The position numbers and the translations under genes are program-made. DNA of 54,115 nt from Gemmatimonadota bacterium. GTDB lineage: Bacteria; Gemmatimonadota; Gemmatimonadetes; Palauibacterales; Palauibacteraceae. A model generated the notes under the pieces. It had not been told where the DNA came from. It made no database searches and saw only the letters and a list, made by a program, of their open reading frames with translations. The DNA lies in the NCBI GenBank assembly GCA_048060725.1, contig JBGMQU010000006.1:1-54115 (forward strand), read 5' to 3'. Shown piece by piece: positions 46,494 through 54,115 of this stretch. Numbering within the stretch: the stretch's first letter is position 1; every line of letters begins with the position of its first letter.

Positions 46494-46589
46494 TGGCGGG
46501 AACGTGTGGGAATCGAACCCACCCGGGACGCGTGAACGCCCCATAACGGTTTTGAAGACCGCAGGCGACACCAGTCACCATCCGCTCCC
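46494..46589 (-). tRNA. selC: tRNA-Sec(TCA)
   Basis: 96 nt. 6-bp D-stem GGTGAC/GTCGCC with a 4-nt loop, anticodon loop CTTCAAA, long variable arm, GTGGG-TTCGATT-CCCAC, ends GCCA. Confidence 0.95.
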
Positions 46590-46626
46590 TCATCCTCCTC
46601 ATCCTCGCGCGACGTGAGACACAACG

Positions 46627-47013
46627 CTAGCCAGCGCGGGCGATGACCTCGATTTCGACCAGCGCCCCCTTGGGGAGCGTCCGAACAGCCACGGTAGACC
46701 GGGCCGGGTACGGCTCGTCGAACGATCCGGCATACACATCGTTCACCGCGGCGAAGTCGTCCATCGACACCAGAAAGACCGTGGTCTTCACGACGTTGGA
46801 GAACGACAATCCCGCTTCCTCCAGTACCGCACCGAGGTTGGCCATCACTCTGCTCGCCTGCCCCGCGGCATCATCTCCTACCAACTCCATGGTCTCGGGG
46901 TCCAGGGCTACCTGACCCGCCGAGAAGAACAGTTCGCCCGCCCAGAATCCCTGCGAGTAGGGTCCGATGGCTCTCGGCGCGCTGTCGGTGTGAATCGATC
47001 CGGATCGAGTCAA
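46627..47013 (-). CDS. ridA: RidA (YjgF/YER057c/UK114) family deaminase
   Basis: Motifs APRAIGPYSQG, VVKTTVFL and PARSTVAV..LPKGALVEIE. TTG start with an AGGAG RBS. Confidence 0.93.
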   Translation of the reverse strand: MTRSGSIHTDSAPRAIGPYSQGFWAGELFFSAGQVALDPETMELVGDDAAGQASRVMANLGAVLEEAGLSFSNVVKTTVFLVSMDDFAAVNDVYAGSFDEPYPARSTVAVRTLPKGALVEIEVIARAG

Positions 47014-47172
47014 TCCCGAACTCCTCTCCTTGCGTCGTGTCGGTGGGGTCCGGTAACCTCCGCCCGACAGGTCCCGGATGGGGTGTAGGGGGAAGACCCC
47101 ACGGTCAAATCCGAGGGGAGCGACCGGGCGCGAAGATACGACGAACCCTCGAAGAGCGCCAAAGAAGAACGC

Positions 47173-48000
47173 ATGTCCGAGGCCTCCGCGAGACAAACCG
47201 CGGCCCGGCTGACACGCGACACCTTTCTCGGGTTCGCGCTCTCGGTCCAGGAGTATTTCGCCCTTCTTGGTCGGCTGCTCCGCGCATCCGTTACGCGACC
47301 GTTCTATCTCGGCGATCTCGTACAACAGATGGACACGATCGGGGTGGGCTCCATCTTCATCGTCGTGCTCACCGGATTCTTCACCGGAATGGTGCTCGCG
47401 CTGCAATCTGCCGTGGAGATGGAGCAGTTCGGGGCGACCATCTACATCGGGCGCCTGGTCGGTGCGAGCGCTGTCCGAGAACTGGGACCGGTTCTCACCG
47501 CCCTGATGGTGACCGGGCGGGCGGGCGCAGGAATGGCGGCGGCGATCGGGGCGATGAAGGTAACCGAGCAGGTGGACGCCCTGCGGACGATGGGTGTGGA
47601 CCCGGTTCGAAAGCTTGTCGCGCCGCGCTTCCTGGCCGCGATCATCATGCTCCCCCTGCTGACCGTCATCGCCGACGTGATCGCGATCGCCGGCGGCCTG
47701 CTGATCGCCGTGACCAGGCTTCACCTCACCGCCGATCTCTACATGCGGTCCGTCTACTCGGCGCTCGCCGACAACGGCTTCGTATTTCGGTACATCCCCA
47801 TCGATCTCGTGCAGGGACTCGGCAAGCCGATCGTGTTCGGAGCCCTGATGGCGCTGACGAGCTGCTACTACGGGCTGCGGACGGAAGGGGGAACCGAGGG
47901 GGTGGGTCGGGCGACGACACAGGCCGTGGTGACGACGTCGATTCTCGTTCTGGCCACGGACTATTTCTTGACCCAACTGATCATCGCCTTTCTGCTATGA
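47173..48000 (+). CDS. mlaE: MlaE-family ABC permease
   Basis: Motifs VRELGPVLTAL..GRAG..MKVTEQVDAL and GVGRATT. Confidence 0.93.
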   Translation: MSEASARQTAARLTRDTFLGFALSVQEYFALLGRLLRASVTRPFYLGDLVQQMDTIGVGSIFIVVLTGFFTGMVLALQSAVEMEQFGATIYIGRLVGASAVRELGPVLTALMVTGRAGAGMAAAIGAMKVTEQVDALRTMGVDPVRKLVAPRFLAAIIMLPLLTVIADVIAIAGGLLIAVTRLHLTADLYMRSVYSALADNGFVFRYIPIDLVQGLGKPIVFGALMALTSCYYGLRTEGGTEGVGRATTQAVVTTSILVLATDYFLTQLIIAFLL

Positions 48001-48878
48001 GTGCCGAAACGCCGCCCCCGGAGAACGAATCGGTTTCCGACCCGGGGAGTGAAGCCGAGCGATTCAGGGCCGAGGTCCGTGAGGAGATTCGCCGCGAGAT
48101 CGGTCCTGCGTCCGAGCCCGCCGTCGGTTCCATTTCGAACGTCGCCGCGACTCCCATGGTGAGCCTTTGCGACGTACGACTGTCGTTTGGCAGCCACCAG
48201 GTACTGAAGGGCATCAGCTTCGATGTGCACCAGGGAGAGACGTTCTGTATCCTCGGTGGCTCCGGAGTCGGCAAGTCCACGATCCTCCGTCTCATCCTGC
48301 GTTTGCTCCACCCGACGGCCGGCGATGTGCTCATCGAGGGGCGTGACATCACGACCGTTTCGCAACGCGACGTGCTTGCACTCAGGGAGCGGATGGGGAT
48401 GGTCTTTCAGGGGTCGGCGCTCTTCGATTCGCTGTCGGTTCGGGACAACATCGCCTTCCCCCTGTACGAGCATACGCAGCAGTCCGAGGAGGAGATCGAT
48501 GACCGCACGCGCGAGGTCCTGAGTTTCGTGGACCTCGACCCCGAGGACGTACTGGAACTCCTGCCGGCCGAACTCTCCGGCGGAATGCGGAAGCGGGTCG
48601 CCATCGCGAGGGCGATCGTCCACGAGCCGCCGATCATTCTGTTCGACGAGCCGACCAGCGGGCTCGATCCGATCACGACGCGGACCATCGACGAGTTAAT
48701 CCTGAAACTTCGCCGGGATCTGGATGTTTCTGCCGTCGTGGTCACGCACGATCTGACGTCGGCAGCGAGAATCGCCACCGAGTCTGCGCTGCTGCAGGAC
48801 GGAAAGATTATCTTCAAGGGAACCCCGGAAGAGATGCATGCGTCCGAGATCGACTACGTTCAATCGTTCCTCGCCTGA
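47997..48878 (+). CDS. mlaF: MlaF-family ABC ATPase
   Basis: Motifs GGSGVGKS, FQGSALFDS, LSGGMRKR and DEPTSGLDP. ATGA overlap. Confidence 0.93.
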   Translation: MSAETPPPENESVSDPGSEAERFRAEVREEIRREIGPASEPAVGSISNVAATPMVSLCDVRLSFGSHQVLKGISFDVHQGETFCILGGSGVGKSTILRLILRLLHPTAGDVLIEGRDITTVSQRDVLALRERMGMVFQGSALFDSLSVRDNIAFPLYEHTQQSEEEIDDRTREVLSFVDLDPEDVLELLPAELSGGMRKRVAIARAIVHEPPIILFDEPTSGLDPITTRTIDELILKLRRDLDVSAVVVTHDLTSAARIATESALLQDGKIIFKGTPEEMHASEIDYVQSFLA

Positions 48879-48950
48879 GAGGGGTGGGAACCCCGATGAG
48901 AGGCCGAGGCAATGTCGCTGCGGCAGGATGGAGTAGGGTGACGATGAGAG

Positions 48951-49949
48951 ATGCGTGGGAAGCGGCGAATGCGTAGGTCACGCGCGATCACGTGGGACCA
49001 GGTTCGGGTGGGCATGGTGCTGATCGTGGCGCTCGGACTCCTCGGCGTGGGTGTCTTTTTCATCGGCAACGTCGGCGATCAGTTCGGGAACCGATACCGG
49101 CTCGTCACCCTGATGAAATCCGCGGCGGGCATCTCCGTCGGTGCCCCGGTCCAGGTCGCCGGCCAGAACGTCGGTCAGGTCGTCGACGTTGAGTTCATTC
49201 GGCCCGAGAACCGGCCCGTGACGGGTGAAGCGGTGGCCGTGTTCCTCGGCGTGGACGTGCGCGTACGCGACCAGATCCGTGCGGACTCTCGGGCCCGGGT
49301 TCGCACGCAGGGGCTCCTGGGGGATCGGCTGATCGACATCGCTCCGGGGTCTACCGATCAGGCGGTTCTCGCGGATGGCGACACGCTCGACGCCGCCCCG
49401 GCAGTCAGTTACGAAGAGCTGCTCGGACAGGCCGCGGACGCGATCGAGAGTCTCACGACCCTCTCCGACGACCTCGCGGGAACGCTGCGCCGCGTCGCGA
49501 ACGGCGAGGGCAGCATGGGGCAACTCCTCGTGGATGACGGGCTCTATCTGGGTATGGTGGAGTTGAACGACAACCTGAACGCCGTCCTCGGACCGATCGC
49601 GGAGGGAGAGGGTTCTCTGGCTCGATTGCTTCGCGAGGACGAGTTGTACGACCGGATCGTCTCCGCCACGGGATCGCTCGATTCGATCGTCTCTCTGGCT
49701 GCGGGCGGCGGCGGGACGCTCGGGCAGCTGCTGACATCGGACTCTCTGTATCGGGCGCTTACTTCTTCCGCGGCGCGGGCCGACGCGCTACTGGCCTCGG
49801 TCGAACGCGGGGAAGGATCGATGGGGCAACTCGTGACCGACGAACGACTCTACGAGGAACTGCTGAAGACCATCGTCGACCTGAACGCCTTTCTTCAGGA
49901 TGTACGGACGAACCCGAAGAAGTTCATGCCCACGATAAAGGTCTTCTAG
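48951..49949 (+). CDS. mlaD: MlaD/MCE-family protein
   Basis: TM segment, then GAPVQVAGQNVGQV and TQGLLGD, and repeated G.GS(L/M)GQL helical units. Confidence 0.92.
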   Translation: MRGKRRMRRSRAITWDQVRVGMVLIVALGLLGVGVFFIGNVGDQFGNRYRLVTLMKSAAGISVGAPVQVAGQNVGQVVDVEFIRPENRPVTGEAVAVFLGVDVRVRDQIRADSRARVRTQGLLGDRLIDIAPGSTDQAVLADGDTLDAAPAVSYEELLGQAADAIESLTTLSDDLAGTLRRVANGEGSMGQLLVDDGLYLGMVELNDNLNAVLGPIAEGEGSLARLLREDELYDRIVSATGSLDSIVSLAAGGGGTLGQLLTSDSLYRALTSSAARADALLASVERGEGSMGQLVTDERLYEELLKTIVDLNAFLQDVRTNPKKFMPTIKVF

Positions 49950-49977
49950 AAGGCTGTTGAGGTCTTCTAGAAGGCTG
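49939..49977 (+). repeat. 18-bp direct repeat (AGGTCTTCTAGAAGGCTG x2) spanning the mlaD stop
   Basis: Copies at 49939-49956 and 49960-49977. Confidence 0.85.
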
Positions 49978-49995
49978 GTTGATCACCCTGGTGGG

Positions 49996-50475
49996 TTACG
50001 CCGATTCCTCCAGCAATTCGTGCCAGGTCACCAGCGACAGCACTTCGAACTCGCGGGCTCCGGAGGGGAGCACGACGTTCACCACATCTCCCGGTCTCTT
50101 CCCCAGCAGGGCACGTCCGATCGGAGACTCCATCGAGATTTCGTTGGCATCGAAATCGAGAGTTTCACCGATCGTGATCGCGAAGACTTCGACCTCGCCA
50201 TCGGCATCCCTGACCTCGACCTTCGAGCCGAAGCCGATCCGGTCTTCCGGGACATGTTCGATATCGATCTCACCCAGCTGAGACATCCGTCGCGCCAGAT
50301 AGTCGAGTCGGGCCGATACGAACCCCTGCCGCTCGAGCGCGGCCGTGTACTCGGAGTTCTCTCTCAGATCGCCCTGGGCGACCGCTTTTTCGATCTCACG
50401 GGGAAGAATGATGTTCAACTCGTGGACGAGCGCCTCGGCTTCTTCGCCCAGCTGTTGTCTGATTTTTTCCAGCAT
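49996..50475 (-). CDS. greA: GreA/GreB-family transcription elongation factor
   Basis: Motifs AQGDLRENSEY and ISMESPIGRALLGK. GGAGG RBS. Confidence 0.92.
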   Translation of the reverse strand: MLEKIRQQLGEEAEALVHELNIILPREIEKAVAQGDLRENSEYTAALERQGFVSARLDYLARRMSQLGEIDIEHVPEDRIGFGSKVEVRDADGEVEVFAITIGETLDFDANEISMESPIGRALLGKRPGDVVNVVLPSGAREFEVLSLVTWHELLEESA

Positions 50476-50512
50476 TGGTTTCCTCCCGCGTCGGTCCGGT
50501 ATGGCGGGACAC

Positions 50513-50550
50513 AAAAAAAATCGAGGCGTACTCCCGAAAGAGACGCCCCG
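50513..50550 (-). terminator. Intrinsic terminator downstream of tmRNA
   Basis: GC hairpin CGGGGCGT...ACGCCTCG followed by a T8 run on the minus strand. Confidence 0.7.
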
Positions 50551-50558
50551 GGGTGAAG

Positions 50559-50926
50559 TGGAGGCGGCGGGAATCGAACCCGCGTCCGCGAGCCCATCCA
50601 CCACGGATTCTACGTGCGTAGTTCGCGAGAGGGTTTCTCGCCCGTCAGAGGCTCACGAACATCCTCATCCAGACCAGCCGCGAGCGGCTACGAACCGCTA
50701 TCTCGCCACCTGAGCCTGCGGCCTGCTTCGGTGACACAGCCCGATTTGCGACGTCCCAGAGGAGCCCTCGGGCCCGGACCTCAAAGGGACGGGCTACGTA
50801 GTTTTACGCAGCCAGAGCCAATTCGTTGTTGGCACTTGAAGTGTTTTCCCGGGGTTTAACGAGGCTCCGAGCACCTCGGCACGCTACCGCGGCTTCTAGC
50901 ACACACGTCGAAGCCGAATCGCCCCC
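50559..50926 (-). ncRNA. ssrA: tmRNA (tag ANNELALAA, 50833-50804)
   Basis: 5' GGGGGCGA..TTCGAC and 3' GGGTTCGATTCCCGCCGCCTCCA with the G3.U pair. Tag ORF GCC AAC AAC GAA TTG GCT CTG GCT GCG TAA. Confidence 0.96.
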
Positions 50927-51073
50927 AAATTCTCAATAAGCCGTCGGCGAGTCACGCCCGACGCATACGAATACACGGTCGGTCCTCCGAGGGTTCCGCG
51001 CAACTGGTACGTGTGACACGGATCGGCAAGTTTCGGGCCCGGCCGACGGGGCGCGGCGGGGTCCGGGTCTGCT

Positions 51074-51103
51074 TTGACAGGCTTCGAGAGTGGCCCATAT
51101 ACT
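51074..51103 (+). promoter_or_regulatory. Sigma70-type promoter upstream of ptsN
   Basis: TTGACA (51074-79), N18, TATACT (51098-103). Confidence 0.65.
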
Positions 51104-51208
51104 CGATCCACCACGCGTTGCTCCCACCGTTGGCCGTCAGGGCCCGAGGAGGCTGCGCGAGTGCTGACAAGGGACAACGTCCCCCTTTCCGGGGGAGGAG
51201 ATATATAT

Positions 51209-51661
51209 ATGCGGCTTCGGGAGTTTTTCTCGGACGAGACGATCAATCTCGATCTCGCGGCGGAGACGAAAGACGACGCTCTCAAAGAACTCGTGTCCGT
51301 GTTCAGTCTGGACGAAAAGTCCGACGGCATCCTCTATAAGATGCTCAAGCGGCGTGAGAACCTCGGGTCTACGGGGATCGGGCGCGCGATCGCGATTCCA
51401 CACTGCCGTTCGCTCGTCGTCAACCGGCTCCGCGTCGCGTTCGGGCGCAAGACGTCCGGGCTCGACTTCAAGGCCATCGACGAAAAGCCGGTTCGCTACA
51501 TCTTTCTGATCGTCGCGCCTCCCCTCGAGGTGTCGAATCAGTATCTGGAAGTGCTCGGAAAGATCGCTCAGTTCGTGAAAGACCCCGATGTTCCCGACAC
51601 GCTGGCGACGCTGGATTCGCCCGAGGGGTTTCTCGCCCTTCTCGAGTCGAAGGGCATCTGA
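51209..51661 (+). CDS. ptsN: PTS EIIA (Ntr/fructose-type)
   Basis: RENLGSTGIG..IAIPH (phospho-His) and DFKAIDEKPV. GGAGGAG RBS. Confidence 0.9.
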   Translation: MRLREFFSDETINLDLAAETKDDALKELVSVFSLDEKSDGILYKMLKRRENLGSTGIGRAIAIPHCRSLVVNRLRVAFGRKTSGLDFKAIDEKPVRYIFLIVAPPLEVSNQYLEVLGKIAQFVKDPDVPDTLATLDSPEGFLALLESKGI

Positions 51662-51683
51662 ACGACAGATCCGGAGGTCGACA

Positions 51684-52040
51684 GTGCACGCACAACTCGA
51701 ACTGTTGCTCGAGATTCAGGATCTTCAGACGCAGCGCCAGGGGATGGAGGACGGAACTCTCGCGGTCGTAGAGTCGGACGTGTTCGCGGTCGAGATCGGT
51801 GAGGCCATCGTTGTCCTCGATGAGAAGGTCGGCGAGCTACGGGAACGGCTGACCGAAGAAATTGGAGAGCGTTATCGTCGGATGGCCGCAAAAGGAATGC
51901 GTGCGGTCTCCCCGGTACTCAACGGGATTTGTTACGGGTGCTTCATGGCGGTCGCGACGGCCCGGGCGGCGGAAGCCGGACGAAACTCCCGCGTCGAGAA
52001 TTGCGAACACTGTGGACGCTTCCTCTACCATGTCGACTGA
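51684..52040 (+). CDS. Coiled-coil plus C4 zinc-ribbon protein (DUF164-like)
   Basis: LLEIQDL, CYGC and CEHCGRFLY. GGAGG followed by GTG. Confidence 0.82.
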   Translation: MHAQLELLLEIQDLQTQRQGMEDGTLAVVESDVFAVEIGEAIVVLDEKVGELRERLTEEIGERYRRMAAKGMRAVSPVLNGICYGCFMAVATARAAEAGRNSRVENCEHCGRFLYHVD

Positions 52041-52050
52041 CGCCGGAATG

Positions 52051-53548
52051 TCAGTTCGCCAACACTCTTCCTTCCGCTACCCTGCGGGTCACGCCCGAAC
52101 GGTCGAGGTACTCGAGTAGCGGAATCAGATACTTGCGAGAGAGACCGAATTCCGTCTTGAACACGCGCGGTGACGCCGGCGCACTGTTCGCGAGTATGGC
52201 CCGCACCCGCACGATCGCGCCGTCTACGGCCGCACCGTCCATGTAGATCTCGGGCGTCACGGCTCGCGCGTCTCCCTCTTCCACGAGCAGACGAAGTAGA
52301 TCGTCCAGCACGGCCCGCTCGATCCGCAGCGACGATCCGAGATCGTTCACCGTGGGCGGTTGAAGCCCCCCCTCACCGAGAGTGGCACGCAACTGCTCGA
52401 GTTGGTCGCGTTCCGTATCGGTCAGGGTCGCCCCGGAGCCGGGAACGGATACCCGCGGACCCGACGCTTGAAGGGTACCCGCCTCCAGATGCCTCTCCAG
52501 GCACGCCCGCACGAGTTCCGGGGAGCGGTCGTCCGAGAGCGCCGACCGGACGGACTCGAGGGATACCCCGGCCGACCGCCGATCGGCGGAGTGGAGTCGG
52601 ACGACCGTGTCCATCACCGCGTGCATGGTGTCCTCCCGGGCGCCCAGCGAGAAACATCGATCCCCCAACTGAACGGCATCGCTCTCGTCTCGGGCCTCCT
52701 CGACGGCCCGTGGGGCGAGCCCCAGAGCAATCGGTGCGAAGGCGAGGTCGAGTCCCCGAGCGCCGGTAAGGTCGACGGCCGCCGAAAACGCGGCCTCACC
52801 GTCACCGTCGAGGATGGCCGACCAGGCCTCGACGCGCGGAGCCCACTCGCGAGGCGGATCGATCTCGCAGACGCGAATGCCGCCGATCGTGGTCACGGGG
52901 GAGTAGAAGCGAACGATGCCGCGGTCTCTCACTCTCGCGACGAGGGGTTCCTCGAGGACAAGCACGGCCCAGCCGGATTCTCCGGGTTTGATGGTCGAGG
53001 CGGCGTTTGTCGCCACGCGGGCCATGACTTCGCGAGTGCCGACGTAGACGCGGATTCGTTGAGAGTGTTCGACGGGTCGCCCCGGTCGGACAAGCGTGTC
53101 GATCCGGACGCCGAGCCGGGTGGCCGGTTCCCATCCCGGGTGCGTGACAAGTACCGTACCCCGCGCGGAGTCGGCTGCGCCGACCCCGACGAGGGCCACG
53201 GCACATCGGCGCCCCGCCGCCACCCTGCCTCGGGGGTCGCCATGTACCTCCAGACCGCGAACGCGGGAGGAGGCGGTGCCCGGGAGCAGGCGCACCGTTT
53301 CGCCGGACCGTACGGCCCCGCTCCAGACGGTACCGGTGACCACGGTTCCCGTGCCGTGAATCGAGAAGGCGCGGTCGACCGGCATCCGGAACACGTCGTC
53401 CTGCCGCCGTGACTCCACGGCCTGCGCTGCGTCCCGCAGCGACTCCCGAAGGTCATCGAGCCCTTCGCCAGTGACCGAGGGGACCGGGACGATCGGCCAG
53501 TCGCCAACCCCGCTCTCCTCGGGAAGGTCCCGGGTCGCCTCCTCCAGC
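52051..53548 (-). CDS. selB: Selenocysteine-specific elongation factor, 5'-truncated (most of the G-domain is absent)
   Basis: FRMPVDRAFSIHGTGTVVTGT and C-terminal winged-helix GLSRKYLIPLLEYLD. The ORF's N-terminal ~25 aa come from foreign DNA. Confidence 0.9.
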
Positions 53549-53549
53549 C

Positions 53550-53758
53550 CCCACCACTGCTGGTAATTCTTCTGTTGCACTTTCTTGTGCAATGGGATCA
53601 TCCAAGATAGAAGTTTCTTCAACCTCTACTGGCGGTGCTTTAGGTTTTTTCTCTTTCTTCTCAGGCTCAGGCGACACCATCATGCTTTGTGCGACAGCAT
53701 CCATTGATCCCGGCTTAGGAGCATTTGGGTCTACAGCATTTGTGGTAGTGTCAGTCAT
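53550..53758 (-). CDS. Truncated acidic protein, possibly a phage head scaffold N-terminus
   Basis: AT-richer DNA. MTDTTTNAVDPNAPKPGSMDAVAQSM..., acidic and low-complexity. The ATG overlaps the upstream stop and the ORF runs into the selB junction. Confidence 0.4.
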
Positions 53759-54000
53759 CAGTTCACTTTCCGGTTCGCATGTGCAGCAAGGCTAATTAGA
53801 GTGTGTTTCAACGCATCTAGCGCCTTACACTCCAAGTAGAAATCATCTCTCGCTTCTTTATCTTTTGGCTCGGTAGCAAGCAATTGAGCGATTGAGTGAG
53901 CTTTAATGTAATCAATGGCATCACAAACAACCTCTTTCCGCTGCATAACAATAGCAGCAGCGGCAGCTAATTTATTATGTTGTTCTTGAGCCACACTCAT
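53758..54000 (-). CDS. Small phage-like hypothetical protein (~80 aa)
   Basis: AGGA RBS then ATG at 54000. EARDDFYLECKALD resembles the small genes between portal and scaffold in podoviruses (my recollection, not a search). Confidence 0.5.
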   Translation of the reverse strand: MSVAQEQHNKLAAAAAIVMQRKEVVCDAIDYIKAHSIAQLLATEPKDKEARDDFYLECKALDALKHTLISLAAHANRKVN

Positions 54001-54115
54001 TATTTTTCCTAGCACATTTATAGAGTAGTGTCAACCTGTTAAATCATTTATCTTTAATCCGAGGAGTGGATACCCCACCCCTCAGATTTTGTTGCACAAG
54101 TTGTGCATCAAGTGC

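Noticed and set aside
46486-46602. N-terminal extension of the 206-aa ORF
   Set aside because: It runs through tRNA-Sec.
46627-48878. 449-aa RidA and 613-aa MlaF ORF calls as domain fusions
   Set aside because: The N-terminal extensions overlap mlaE. Better starts exist at 47013 (with RBS) and 47997 (ATGA overlap).
50476-50604. GreA N-terminal extension
   Set aside because: It overlaps the tmRNA 3' end and terminator. The real start is at 50475.
53549-53622. SelB with a novel N-terminus (MKKLLSW...)
   Set aside because: Fortuitous in-frame read from the foreign DNA across the junction.
1-54115. CRISPR array, or selenoprotein with in-frame TGA
   Set aside because: The 25-bp motif is dispersed, not regularly spaced, and there are no cas genes. 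No gene showed a TGA at a conserved Cys position on manual reading.

Overview
GC-rich bacterial chromosome segment, probably Gemmatimonadota-like (inferred from gene content and the tmRNA tag ANNELALAA). In order it contains: hutU-hutI; a tightly coupled minus-strand operon (NTT/TLC-like transporter-HEAT-cNMP fusion, response regulator, sensor-less histidine kinase, secreted Fam20C/PI4K-like kinase, secreted Shelph-type phosphatase); three orphan Tad-type minor pilin genes; tRNA-Pro; a ~19 kb co-oriented respiratory cluster (ApbC, PCP_red-domain proteins, ferredoxin, ABC transporter, radical SAM, CydA-like protein without CydB, three c-type cytochromes, cupredoxin-like lipoprotein, A1-type heme-copper oxidase, heme o synthase); HmuY-like gene, hemC and an Mrp antiporter operon with three MrpD-like subunits; envelope and housekeeping genes (lptE, lpxH, murI, ridA, mlaEFD, greA, ptsN); tRNA-Sec and tmRNA; and a 5'-truncated selB that joins abruptly (~53550) to AT-richer, phage-like DNA, probably a chimera. 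The best novelty candidates are a putative periplasmic phosphorylation system, the bd-like/cytochrome c/aa3 cluster with PCP_red-tagged maturases, and a dispersed 25-bp motif at gene junctions. All calls come from reading motifs by eye; no searches were run.
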